A DNA stretch of 62,181 nucleotides, filler included, from Callorhinchus milii (lineage: Eukaryota): the NCBI RefSeq assembly GCF_018977255.1. It is 2 parts of 2 records of this genome, joined end to end, with 100 filler letters (N's around TTAATTAATTAA, not from the genome) between each part and the next. Parts side by side here need not be neighbours in the genome. Positions count along the whole stretch, not along the records: positions 1 to 31,136 come from NW_024705621.1; positions 31,237 to 62,181 come from NW_024705622.1. The stretch is one strand, 5' to 3'. A model generated the notes under the pieces. The model worked only from the letters and a program-made list of their open reading frames with translations, ran no database searches and was not told the origin of the DNA. This document shows, in pieces, positions 23,301 through 35,113 of the stretch; the stretch's first letter is position 1, and every line of letters begins with the position of its first letter. Made by a program: the position numbers and the translations under genes.

Positions 23301-25198
23301 GCGGGAATCGAACTCGGGTTACCAGGTTGGTAGCGCGGGTCGCTAACCACCACACCACCGCTCCCCACACGCAAAATACAACAACAACCGTCATTCGCCA
23401 CTAAGTGGCGGTGACGTCACCACGACGCTTGTGCCAGGCAAAACACACACACGCTCACCTTGTAGAGGCACGTGTCGAGCACGTGGTTGCACACGGCCTC
23501 CAGGTCGTCGGTGAGCAGCAGGCGCGAGCGCACGAAGGCGCACAGCTCCTCGTTGCCTACCACGTCCCAGACGCCGTCGCAGGCGAGCACCACGAACTCG
23601 TCGAGGGCGCCGTCGCGCTCCAGCGCGTACACCTCGGGCTCGGGCGACACCAGCTGCTCGGTGGGTCCCTTGCCGTCGACGCACTTGTAGTCGAAGTCGC
23701 CGAGCGCGCGCGACACGGCCAGCGAGCCGTTGACGCGCTGGATCATGACGCTGCCGCCGGCGTTCTGGATGCGCTCCTTCTCGCGCGGGTTGCACGGCTT
23801 GTGGTCCTCGGTGGAGAGGTGGACGCGCCCGCCCCGGCTCAGCACGCCGCGCGAGTCGCCGCAGTTGATGAAGTAGAGGCGGCGCGGCGACGCCAGCAGC
23901 GCCACGGCCGTGGAGCCGCTGCGGTCCGTGCCGTTGCGCAGCTCCGAGAAGGCGCGCATGCGCTCGTCGATCTGCAGGAAGCCCGTGCGGATCCCCGTCT
24001 TCACGCTCGACACGGACAGCTCGTCCGACGGGGGGGGCCGGATGCGGGGCCCAGTCGGGGCCCGCCGGAGATTTTGTCTTCGGCTCCGCGTTGTTGCCCG
24101 CCAGCTCGTTCTCGCCGTCCTCCTCGTCCTCCTCGTTCTTCCGGTTGTCCGTCTGCGGTTTCTTGCCTCCCGGGCCGGTGACTTCCACAGAGTCGCCTGT
24201 GGGCGCGAAAAAGAGAGGTGCGAGTGAGGTCAGCGGCTTTTCATCTGCGTGGTTCCCCCCCCCCCGACCGTAAATGTGTCACTGGTCTACTGTATGACAA
24301 TGAAGAGGGTAGGAGATAGTCAGCAGTGGGTCACGATGAATTTATTTAATTGTGGCCGGCTACCAGGAGCAAGAATGATTGTTACCGTCGACGTCATGAA
24401 CCGTCGGCGGTCGGTTGTCGATTAATTAATCATTTCGCAGGAGGTACAGTACCGGCAAGAGTAAACACGTCTCCACGCACGGTGAATTAATTAATCTGAT
24501 CGCGGGAGGAGGCCGAGCATGGCCAGGCGTAAACGACGCTTCGACGCGCAAGCGAGCGACGGGCCGTTCGCTCGCGATCAACAAAACAACAAAGACCCCC
24601 CATTATAGCCTGCAACAGACTGTTGGGGCAAGTGCTGTTAGCGAGTAGCACCTATGAAGGCCGGTACGGCACACGAGGGAGTGGGTGGCCAGCACTACTC
24701 CCGACCGCTTTTGCCCCCCAAGCGGCGATGTTAACACACCGCACCAGGTTCTCGTTTGAGGCTGAGTCGACCTAGGGGAGGCCCAGAACCGATTCAGATA
24801 AAAGTCGTCATTGGTGTTGGCCGCGAGCGGGATTCGAACGTGGGTCGCCGGGCTCACTACACCACCGCTCCCCACACCAAGTTGACACCAATAACAACAA
24901 CACGCCACGCGCCACACGAAGAGCAACGGCCAGCCGTCACCTCTGAAGTCGGCGTTGCAGGTGATGTGGTCGAGCAGGTGCTGCGAGCAGTAGTGGCGAC
25001 GCGCGAGCCAGCGTGCCCGTCGTAGACGGCGAAGAAGGACCAGTGGTCGAGGCCGTACGGCAGGCCCACGGTGGCCGTGTGCGCGTCCTCCATCTCCACG
25101 CGCCAGCCCTGCATGCTGCTCAGCGCGTACTTGAGACCGTTGCCCGCGCCGCGGTCCGTGTGCTTCTCCATCTTGGGCTTGTCCAGGAAGGCGCCCAT
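20303..25198 (-). CDS. PPM1B: Mg2+/Mn2+-dependent protein phosphatase 1B-like (PP2C-beta/alpha family); coding exons 25198-24941, 24196-23459, 22770-22653, 21917-21806, 20750-20693, 20332-20303
   Basis: Motifs [79 protein letters not shown] and terminal GPVDMDDTW*. All introns are GT-AG with consistent phases. Residues [25 protein letters not shown] and CVDGKG favour 1B over 1A, but orthology is uncertain. Two 1-bp frameshifts (~24994, ~24030-24037). Confidence 0.9.
20968..21520 (+). mobile_element. SINE family 2 copy interrupted by a single-headed V-SINE (21061-21370)
   Basis: The family-2 head ends ...ATCTAAATCGGTC, the V-SINE follows, and the family-2 core resumes at TCCTGGGCCTCCCCTAGG. 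Confidence 0.75.
22995..23370 (-). mobile_element. SINE family 2 copies (one head fragment plus one near-full copy) in a PPM1B intron
   Basis: GCGGGAATCGAACTCGGG (reverse-complement B box) twice, plus the family core. Confidence 0.75.
24595..24870 (-). mobile_element. SINE family 2 copy in a PPM1B intron
   Basis: Reverse complement of 25890-26195. Confidence 0.8.
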
Positions 25199-25889
25199 CG
25201 CGCCGGTGCGCGGAGCCGTGCGGCCACTCGGCCGCTGTGGAAAGTTAAAATCGTTGTTATCACGGTCGTAGTCGTCGTTCACGGTCGTCACCACCGGTCG
25301 CTATCGTCACCGTTATCGTTACAATCGCCAGCACCGCTTCACGAGAGGAAAGGAAACGTTCGCAGCTCGTTAGAGAACGGCCTCGAATGGATAGACAGAA
25401 CCTGCACGCTGTGCGTACTCATTACTATTCCTGCGTGGGTTTTCGCACGGGTCTCTCTCTCTCTCGCTGTCCGTGCCACACGCCGTTCGCCGTGATCAGG
25501 GATCGGCAACCAAAATACCAAGGAGCAGCCATTTTTTTGTCAACTCAATATTTTTTTAATCAAGTTGGAGGTGCATCTTGTTATCCAGGCCACAAACGTA
25601 GCGCCGTTGAGCATTGAACCGGGCCTGTCTCGTGTTGTAAAGCTCTTGCAAATCACATCTGGTCATAACACGGCATTGGTTGAACAAGCCTGACTTGACG
25701 AGCTTCTGATGGGGAAAAAGTGGTCCAGGGTTTGCTTGCTTAAACATATTTCCGCTTGATGACATTGGGTCTGGAAATCCAATAGGCTGGTGGGCTAAAA
25801 AAAATTCACGTACATATATGGAGGCAAAGAAAGAGAGTTCTGCGTATATCTACTCTTACTTACAATGCAGTAGATGAGTGTGTGTGTCT

Positions 25890-26195
25890 GCAGTAGTGTA
25901 GAGGTTAGCGCGCTGAGCTATGAACCCGGCGACCCGAGTTCAATTCCCGCTCACGGCCAACACTGGTGACGATTATCTGAACCTATCCTGGGCCTCCCCT
26001 AGGTCGACTCGGCCTCAAATGAGTACCCGGTGAGGTGTGTAGCAAACATCGCAACTAGGGAAACAAAGGCGGCCGGGCGTGGTGCTGGCCACCCACCCCC
26101 TCGTGCGCCGTGTCGGCCTTCATAGGTGCTCGCTAACAGCACTTGCCCCGACAATCTTTTAAAGGCTATACGGGGATATTTGTCTCTGTTTGTAT
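25890..26195 (+). mobile_element. tRNA-derived SINE family 2, near full length
   Basis: A box TAGTGTAGAGG, B box GAGTTCAATTCCC, core GTCGACTCGGCCTCAAATGAGTACC...GGCCGGGCGTGGTGCTGGCCACCCACCCC (Nin/Deu-like). Confidence 0.8.
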
Positions 26196-26679
26196 CACCA
26201 GATTTGCATAACGTTACTGAAAACCAGGCATCGGTTTGAGGTGTGTCTTATTCTTCGTCGGGGTCTTAAGATCCAAAGAACACGGTAGTGGTGGCCCGTT
26301 GGTTTTGTAACCCACCGACTGTTGAAAGGGTGAGGCTTTACACCACCGGGTCAACAAATCAATTATTACATTACCGCCATTACTTGTCAGCGGAGTGGCA
26401 CCGCGGTTAAGGCACTTGTCAGACGGTTGAGAGTTCAACTTCAGGTCGAGGTGGGGCGGGCAGGGGGGTTAAAGTCAGCCCCGTCATTCCTCTGACGTCA
26501 AACAAAGTAGTGGGGGTACTGTCCAACAGTGAGCGGCCAATGTGGACACGGGCCCTCGCCGCGGGAACGTGGAATTTGCACCACTGGCCGACGGAAGTAA
26601 GAAGTAGATGTAGATGCCACCCCACTGCGGCTACGCAATAGCTCGGTGGAGGCCTTACCCGGTAAAATTAAAAATAGTT

Positions 26680-26839
26680 TGATAATTGTTTTTTTACCCT
26701 TCTATCTGGCAACAAAACTGACACCTTTTTGTTACAAGGAGTCATGTTTGCATAGACCACAATACCTGCAGTCGAAATGCAAACAAAAAACATAACTCTG
26801 TTAATGTTGCCAGATAGAAGGGTAAAAAAACTATTATCA
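26680..26839. repeat. ~35-bp inverted repeat around a 90-bp core (foldback)
   Basis: TGATAATTGTTTTTTTACCCTTCTATCTGGCAACA ... TGTTGCCAGATAGAAGGGTAAAAAAACTATTATCA (1 mismatch). Confidence 0.85.
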
Positions 26840-27379
26840 TATTTTTTACTGGCAAATGAGGTTCCAATGGTGTAAAACATAGTTTGTTTCTAGCCTTAGT
26901 TTTAGTTAACAATTTTTAATGTAAAAAACTATAGGTTATTAGGAAGCCACTGGAGCGATGCACTTGTAAATGATCTAGATTGAAACTCGTTTCTTTGGAA
27001 CTGATTTTTTGTGTTTAGTTTGTTGTTCTTCCGCACGCTCCTCCGTTTAGCCACGGTTGGCTACGTACGGTGTGCGAAAGAAGTTCTATATACACGTCTG
27101 AGCGAGAAGAAACTTTATCTTGATTTTATGAGCTCGGTTGTGATTTCATGAGCTCACCTCCTTGTGTACGTTACAACAGTCGTACTTTTGATTCTGTCAC
27201 GAGCAAAAGTGGACAAAATATGATGTCGCTGACACGAGCGTTACCATCAAGAGTATGTCAGGAGGTCGAAATTAAACCTTCGTTCACCAGAGTTCCTATG
27301 GAGTAAGAACTCGGACCATAGCGTTAGTTTTGTTATCTTCATAAACGGCGTTTGAAATGTGTGTCAAAGATTATAAAAC

Positions 27380-27790
27380 TAAACTATTTTTATTTCACCA
27401 GGTGAGGCCCACTGAGCTATATAGCTCTTTGTCAGAAGCGACCTGGCAATCACAAATGATAGCTCAACGAAGTGGCTTATCATCACGTGAAAATGTATAG
27501 CAGCCAAATACTCTGAACACGTGATGTTGATTCTAAATTTATGGAAAAACCAGAAGACCCGGAGAAAAATCCACACGACCACGGGGAGAACATGCAAACT
27601 CCATAAATACGGCAAGCGTCAGCGTCGGGATCGAACCCACAACCTCCTGTATGCCAGGCGAGGCAGTTAACATTTCCTAGCCACCGTGATGATGATGAGA
27701 GAGAGAGACACGCAAACTCCAAATATACAGCAGCAGGCGTCAGGATCGAACCCACGACCTCCTGCATGCCAGGCAAGGTAGTTAACATCT
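27380..27790 (-). mobile_element. V-SINE with two tandem heads
   Basis: Full body with V-domain GGAGTTTGCATGTTCTCCCCGTGG. Two heads are joined by the CTCTCTCATCATCATCAC linker. Confidence 0.85.
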
Positions 27791-27908
27791 TGCCACTTTG
27801 GCGCCCCACCAAAGCCAGCCCGGCCACACCCAAAATAAGCGTGACCACATCACAGCAACATGCCATTCCACCCGCTGGCTCCCATTCCAATCCCAGATAA
27901 ATCGCCAA

Positions 27909-28100
27909 CGTGGCTAGGAGATGTTAACTACCTCGCCTGGTGTGCAGGAGGTCAGGGATTCGATCCCGACCCGGACGCCTGCTGCTGTATATTTGGAGTT
28001 TGCGTGGATTTTTTTTCTCTCCGGGTCCTCTGGGTTTTCTCTCCAAATTTAGAATCAAACACGCGTTTAGATAAAATTTTCTGCTATAAATTTCCACATT
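27909..28100 (+). mobile_element. V-SINE, single head, internally deleted
   Basis: GTGGCTAGGAGATGTTAACTACCTCGCC head followed by a partial body. Confidence 0.8.
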
Positions 28101-29404
28101 ATTTCTTTACTTTCCTATACTTTGCACGCCTATCCTGCTGTTTGTATTGTTTGTTGTTGTAAGGTTCTGACCTGACCTACTGGACATTTGTGAAAAAGAG
28201 TTTAATAGCTCATCGGATTCCTCCAGAAAAAATATTCTGATTCTGTCTTCAGGAACCTGCACGGACTCGCCCCTGCCTACCCCCTCGCCCCCTTGTCTCG
28301 ACTCTACTCCCGTCCACACACTCTCCTCCCCCAACCTCTATCCTCTCATCTCACTCCAATCCCCTCCTCCATGCACTCTTTGCACCAGCAAACCAAGGAT
28401 TTTGATTGACACCCCCGAGTCAAACTTCACTCAGTGGCTGGTCGCTCATTGTCATGTAGCCCCCCAATAGCGTGCAACTCCCTTCTCCCAGTCAACCTCG
28501 CTGCTAACTTCCTGTGCCTGTTAAAGTCCAGGCTCAAGACCTCCCCCCCCCCCAGTTCCTATCTTTGCCAATGACTGCCTCTCGACAAAATCAATATTCC
28601 CACTGCTTCCCACATCTTCTTGAAATGCAGTCGGACGTCGACGCTATGTAAACCTAGGTGGTATCATGACTGTTTTTCGTGACGTACGTGTGCGTCATTG
28701 GAACGTAATCGGAAGAACCTCTTTTTAATTGAAAAAACGTTATTGGTGCCGAGGCTCCCACAAGGCCGTGCAAGAGGGCGCATGGCACAGTTTGGCGCCC
28801 CAGCTATCGTTGAGTGGCGGTCGTGTCGCTACGGTTCCTTGCGGTGAGTGCAATGTATTTAAAAAAAACAACGGCGCACCACGCTCGTACGACACCTGAA
28901 ATAAGTTACCATGGTGAGGAGTCGGGAGACATGGACCGAGGATGGGGGGCATAACCACTCCGAAATAGACGGAAGCCAGAATCGGAGGGGGTGGAAATAA
29001 AAATTGCTCGTTTAAGTCGCCTCTTATATTTTTATTTTCTTTACGTCAACTGCGTTGCAGTTATATCCCTTCCCACTTACTTAAAAAAAGTCACCTTATC
29101 CCCTATCAGTGAGACCGCCTTGTATAGTTTGGGGCAGCGAGCCCACTCACCATCTTTCTATCCCCCTACTTTTCATAACCGTCACAACGTCACGTATCGG
29201 GCCCAAATATTGTCTCAAAAAAAAAAAACGGCGACACTACGATTCTCCAAGTAAAATTAACGCTGAAACCAGCTCAAGTGTTCTGAGATTCGGTGGTGAA
29301 CGGGAACACCCACCACCCTGCAACTTGCAGACGGATGGTAAAGAGCCAGTGCTAGTCACCACTGGCTCTTAAACATGTTCGCACTGGCCCTTGACATGAC
29401 TTGG

Positions 29405-29560
29405 ATGTACGTATGTTGAACTTCTTTCGCACCCTACGTAGGCAACCGTACTGTAATCGTAGGTGCGGGGGGAGGACGAGACAACAAGCTAAACGCAAAA
29501 AGCAGTAAAGAAATTCGTTTTCAATTTAGATGATTTAAAAGTGCATAGCTCCAGTGGCTT
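29405..29560 (+). repeat. Unclassified dispersed repeat (GTTGAACTTCTTTCGCACCGTACGTAGCC family)
   Basis: Related copies at ~10480-10558(-), 18404-18545(+), 22016-22070(+) and 27015-27086(-). Confidence 0.7.
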
Positions 29561-29904
29561 GCTAATATTGTTAAGAAGAGTGTTCCAGACAGCCGTACGT
29601 ACCCAACCGTGCTAATCGGAAATTTGAGCGTACACACGTTAACACGGCTTAACCGTACGGATAAGCAGTGCCAGTCGGCACTGGCTCTTATTAACATCAA
29701 TGACAATTAAATTGGTACCACATTGTTCATGCACAACGTACACAAGCTCCTTGATCGTGTGCTTTCACACGGTTCGACTCGTCGCCACCCACCGTGGCCG
29801 TCGCCCCAAGGGGCAACCGCCGACACCTCCCAACCCTACCGCCCCCTCGCCCGCAACTTGAAACAAATACAAATTCAGTACGCGTAGAATCACGGCCCTT
29901 TTAT

Positions 29905-30190
29905 AAAATCCACTGCTGGATGAAGGCCTACCCACGCCGAGTCGGTTGTTTGACTGTACACCATGTTCAACCTACCCCACAATTCCCACACTTTCGTTCT
30001 ACATTCCCAACTCCACTGGCTCCCTGTCTGATATCGCCGTCTGTTTAAATGTCTCACTCTAGCCCCATAAATCCCTCCATAGTCTCGCCCCACCTTATCT
30101 TGCTTCTCGCGCATCTCTCTACCATGCCCCATCCCCATAGTTGTCAACCCATATGGTTTACCCCGTATTCTTCTTGTACATGGAAATTGA
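29905..30190 (-). mobile_element. RTE-like LINE 3' end fragment
   Basis: Ends ...GGCCTTCATCCAGCAGTGGA (AFIQQW), with a degenerate ...KIRW... motif upstream. The same tail occurs at ~22880-22900. Confidence 0.5.
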
Positions 30191-30809
30191 GTTTCAGGTC
30201 TGTACAGCGTACAGCCGTTTTAATACGGGTGTTTCTCCCTTTTGATGGGACTTTGTAGAATGAACCTTAATACTTATAAGGGCACGGGTGACCAAGCAGA
30301 TCTGAATTGGTCTGTAATAAGATAGGCTCTGATAAAGGGAAGACAGGTATGTAGTGGTGAGTACAGGTGGTGAGCGCACAAGTAGTGAGTGTACTTGTGG
30401 TTAGTGTAGTGGTGAGTGTAGTGCTGAGTGTAATAGTGATGAGTCTAGTAGAGATGACTATTTGTTTGTGTTCTCCTTGTGATGGACTTTATAGGATGAA
30501 CGTTGAGATTCATAAGGGGCACGGGGTGACAATAAGGTCTGAATGTGGTCTGTAGTAAGGTAGCGCACTGATTGGGGGTTGACAGCTCTGGCATTTCATC
30601 CTCTACGCTCCCAGTCTCCACTCTCCCTTCCCCCTGCACCCTGTCACGCTTTTCTTCCTTTTCCCTTCTTGCTCCCCTTCACCGGAACAAACTCCACTGC
30701 GTATGAAACGAGCATCTTCACTCGCCTGCTTCGTCTCCCCCCTTAAAATATCTCTTCTCCCAAGCCCATCCTACTCCTGTCACTCCCAGCCCCACCCCCC
30801 AGCCAACCC

Positions 30810-31070
30810 TACCCCCAACACCTATCACTACCCCTGTCATTACTCTCATCACTACCCTATCATTACCCTTATCGCTAACCCCATCACTTACCCCTCTCAT
30901 AACCTATATCACTACCCGTCTCATTACTCAATCACTACCCGTCTCATTACTCCAATCACTACCCCTGTCACTAACCCTATCACTACCCCTGTCACTAACC
31001 CTATCACTACCACTGTCGCTACCCTGTAACTAACCCCTGCAACTAACCCCTATCACTACCCCAACCCCTC
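30810..31070. repeat. Degenerate (CCCTATCACTA)-type tandem repeat
   Basis: ~12/24-bp units ACCCCTGTCACTAACCCTATCACT. Confidence 0.8.
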
Positions 31071-31136
31071 ATTTTAAAATAAAGAGTGGGGTTACTCAAA
31101 GTGGCGGTGTTGTTATGGTGATAGGAGGACAGATGG

Positions 31137-31236
31137 NNNNNNNNNNNNNNNNNNNNNNNNNNNNNNNNNNNNNNNNNNNNTTAATTAATTAANNNNNNNN
31201 NNNNNNNNNNNNNNNNNNNNNNNNNNNNNNNNNNNN
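31137..31236. other. Artificial spacer: 44 N + TTAATTAATTAA + 44 N
   Basis: Exactly 100 nt. The palindromic 12-mer gives stop codons in all six frames. Confidence 0.97.
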
Positions 31237-31782
31237 ACACCTCCCACCACATCCCTCGCCCCAACCGCCGTAGCGGAGGTGTTGCCCTTATCTCAAGGAC
31301 ACCACTTGCCCTATCCGCCTAGTACTCTGGCTCTTTCCCCTCTTTTGAGCGCCTCACTCTCTCCCACCCCTCCTTCCTCTCACTTAAATTCCTCCTCCTC
31401 TACCGGCCCCCTAAAACCTCTCCCACCTTTATCTTTGATATCTCGACACTTCTCACATCTCTCTGCGTCTGCTCTGATCGCCTCATCATCCTGGGCGACT
31501 TTAACCTGCACTTCACCCCTCCTGCTCAATCTCCTCAGATTTCTCTTCCATGCTCTCCTCGCTCAACTTCTCCCTCCACATCAATTCCGCCACACACAGT
31601 CACGGCCACCCACTCGACTTGGTGATCACCCGGGGCCTCAGTGTCTCGGATGTCACTATCACCGACAAGGCCATCTCCGACCACAACTTCATATCATTCA
31701 CCAACTCCACCCCGCTCCCCACCTCCTCCAGACTTACCACCATCTTCTACCGCCCCTGGAAGAAGTTACCCCCTCAATCCCT
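31237..31782 (+). mobile_element. L2-clade LINE endonuclease fragment
   Basis: Closely matches 46994-47538 (GGGVAL, LGDFN, HGHPLDLV, ISDH) but is frameshifted. Confidence 0.9.
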
Positions 31783-33349
31783 TGTTGTTGTTCTTGTATT
31801 TAGATACTGTGCATGTTTGAGCTGGGGAAACCGGCAAAATGGGCATATGAGAAATATAATTTGGAGGTCACGAACTCATGGACGAGTGTGTCGGCAACAT
31901 CTGTGGTAAGGTATGGTCGAGTGTTTAGACTGCACCGGGAGGAATGTGGATGTAGGCTGTCCTGCTCAGTGACTGGATGTGGGGAAGGAAGGAGAGCTAT
32001 GGTTTGAACTTGAAGTTTACTTTGCTTACAGTTTCAGTAAGTCTGAGGAACAGACCGGGAGGTTGAAGAGGTGAGAGTCACAGGTCAGAAGATGTTTACG
32101 GGAGCCAATAATTATGGAATCCATCTTGTTAACAATTAGTTGTAGGAAGTTTTCTCTCATCGTGACCTTCAATACCATCAGACTAGCCAAGGGAATTGTG
32201 GCGGATACGGGGTCAAAGCTGGAGGAGGAAAATTAAATTATGGTATCATCTGCCAATTGCTATTGCAATACCCCGCCAGTTGCTCACAGTATGTTGTCTC
32301 TAAAATGGGATTAAGTGGATTATTTGTATTGAGCTCGCAATATTTTATAACAAGAGCCTAATTCACAATTTAAAAATTTGTGGATGATGATAACAGTAAT
32401 ATTCTTACATTTGATATATCACATTTTTCGAGACAATTCGAAGTACGGCATAGGATCTCCTGTAAAGTGGATTGACTTTGTCCGTGAAATACAGCCGCCA
32501 GTATTGGCAGAGCAACGTCCCAGAAATAGCTATGGAGGGAGTGGCAATTTGTGTTTGGGAATTTTTTCAGTCATACATTCCTTTTGCTTTTTGAATGTTG
32601 TCAACGGGTCTATCATATCCACATAAACAAGCAGCCGGGAGCATGATTTAATACCTCAACCAAAGACGGCCCCTGGGACAATGAAAGCCCTGTCGCCTCC
32701 ACTCACGCCACAAGCCTCCCTAGTACGAGTGGAGATTGGAGGAACTGGGACTTCTTTCGATGTAACAAAGCAGTTTAGATTGTGATCTAACAGATATCTT
32801 TGAAATTCAGAATTATGGTACAGGGTGGAAATTATTTACACTTTTCGGCATATCATTAGCGAGAGGAATGTCAATCTACTATAGTAAACGAGCAAATGGG
32901 GATGTTAGGATTAGTTCATATAATTAGGATACGGAATGACCTGCCAGGAAGGATGTTGACGCAAAATATATATTGACATTCAAAATGAGCTAGACGGATT
33001 CTCCAATTGATCAGGCATCTCGAAGAGTTTGGGGATATGTCAGACTAAAGTGCCTGAAAGGATTGCTCTTTCAGGAGCAGCACAGAAACAATGGCCCAAA
33101 CGGTTTAATGCTGTGCAATCAATTTCTGTGGTTCTGTAGCTCTAACTCCAGATGTTCAATCCCATTTTCCCACATAAACTCTTCTTCAACACCAAATGTC
33201 AGATGTTAGGCTTCTATGTGTCGAAAACATAGAGGTTCTTCTCTGATATTACTGTTCATCATACTGCCACCCACAGCCCCACATCCCGCTCTGACCTACG
33301 CTTAAACCTCATCGTATGGCAAATGGGGAAGCGGTCACTTGGAGGCAGG

Positions 33350-33490
33350 GTTCTGATGTATTATCGTGACTCCGAAATGTTGACTCATATTCCTTTCACC
33401 ATATATGCTTCGTGACCTGCTTAGATTTCCTAGCGTTCTCTGTTTTTGTTTCAGATTTCCAACATCTGCAGAATTTTGTGTTTTGTGAAT
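33350..33490 (+). mobile_element. Penelope-like short repeat of the type common in cartilaginous fishes
   Basis: CTGATG...CCGAAATGTTGACT...TGACCTGCT...TTTCAGATTTCCAACATCTGCAG; degenerate hammerhead-like head. Confidence 0.45.
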
Positions 33491-34473
33491 GGATGGTGGG
33501 CTTCGGCCTACGCTGATCTGTTGCTCAATACCCTGGAAGCGACTTCGCAGCAAAAGTCCGTCACATGCTGAGCCGGATTAAGCAGCTTGTGTTGAGTAAA
33601 CCTGGTACGCTATCGGATTTGGATCTAATGCATATCATCGTGGCTGTCATGTCACAATCTGCCCTGTAAACATTCTCCCACCACGGTGAAGGCAGATACC
33701 TGATAGGAAACTGAGGAGAGCAGCTGCTGTTAAGCGCTACCTGGAAGCCGAGTACAGCAGCACAAGTTCGTATGTCCGATGACTGTAATCCACCTTGATT
33801 GGCTGGAAGAGGGGCAAACATTTCCGGATATCAACTATTCACCAATTGAGGACTCAAACCCATTATTGTTGGATGTCGAACGACTATTGTCCTCGGGATT
33901 TCATTGGAGCAAAACTTTCTCCAAGGTGACATGTGTGCCAACGGAATTTTGAAATCAAAGCAGCAATCTCCATCAATCTAGTCCGGGTCAGGAGGGTCAA
34001 CAAGGCAATGTTGGTGACAGCACAGTACAACGTGGCTCATCAGCAGGACCCGGATTTATATACCAGTGACTGGAGCAAGGAATCTCCAACTCAACCGCGT
34101 TCAACGCTGCAAGCCAAACCCATAAATGGTAGCATGCACTACCTGGACAAGCAGCGAGAAAGCTTGCCAGATAGCGACGGTATGGTTTTAGTTGGTTAGA
34201 CACCAGCAGTTATCCCAGTGCAAACTCCAGTGACTTCACGCCGTTACGCTTGCCAAACTACGTCCTATACGTTTTATGATTAGGTGATTAGAAGATGTGT
34301 TCCTCCAGTGAGAGAGTGCACATTTTACTCCAAATGTCTATATTTGGGTTTTCGATGTGTAGGTGGGATTCAAGGAATTATCAGCTTCGTTTTTACGTTA
34401 TTAAAAAAAACGCTACAGGTTTAGGAATTTGTCAGACAACCGGCTGTCCAATACAGCATTAATGTATTTAATG

Positions 34474-34573
34474 ACCATTTCCCCCCTGCTCGGGTCATGA
34501 CCCAACTGTGCAGCGCCTTGGGACGTCCTCCTGACGTGAAAGGCGCTTAATAAATGGAATCTTGTTGTTGTTG
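34474..34573 (+). mobile_element. 5'-truncated young L2 3' tail
   Basis: Near-identical to the reverse complement of 60370-60472, ends in (TTG)n, possible TAATG TSD. Confidence 0.85.
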
Positions 34574-35113
34574 TAATGCTTAACTTGCCAGTATTGATGG
34601 TTCCAGATTACCGTCACTGACAATCAATTAGAAACCACCTCGATAGAGTGATGCAAACCGCAATAACATAATAATAATCCTGACGTATAGTACAGTGTAT
34701 GTAAATTGAGGTAGCATTGTATATTTGGTGCCTGATAAAGGTATCCGAACTTTCCACAGAGCCATGAAGTGAAAACTCAATTTTAGTTGGCCAACAGTAC
34801 TTATTCAGAAGGATTAACGGGGAATCTGTTCTCTATGCTCAGTGATAGCAAAATCCCAGTGCATGGTCTTGAACAATTATATTGTTCTGTTCTTGTTTTA
34901 CACTTGTCCAGAGAAACCAAACTGAGGTAAGTACAACGTGTACATCTCGGGAGTGAAGGCGCTCACTTGTTTGTTTAGTGGTCTGACACTTATAGTATTG
35001 ATGATGCAAGGTGTAGATTCATGCTCATTATAAATGCAGGGTTTATCAGCGAGACCTCAGTTTCATTGAAAGCTCTGCCTTGAACAACAAAATATCACAG
35101 TGTGAACCACAGC

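Noticed and set aside
23405..24227. Plus-strand ORFs of 258 and 105 aa
   Set aside because: Antisense shadows of the high-GC3 PPM1B exon.
31181..31192. TTAATTAATTAA as a biological palindrome or piggyBac TTAA site
   Set aside because: Centred in symmetric N runs; a synthetic linker.
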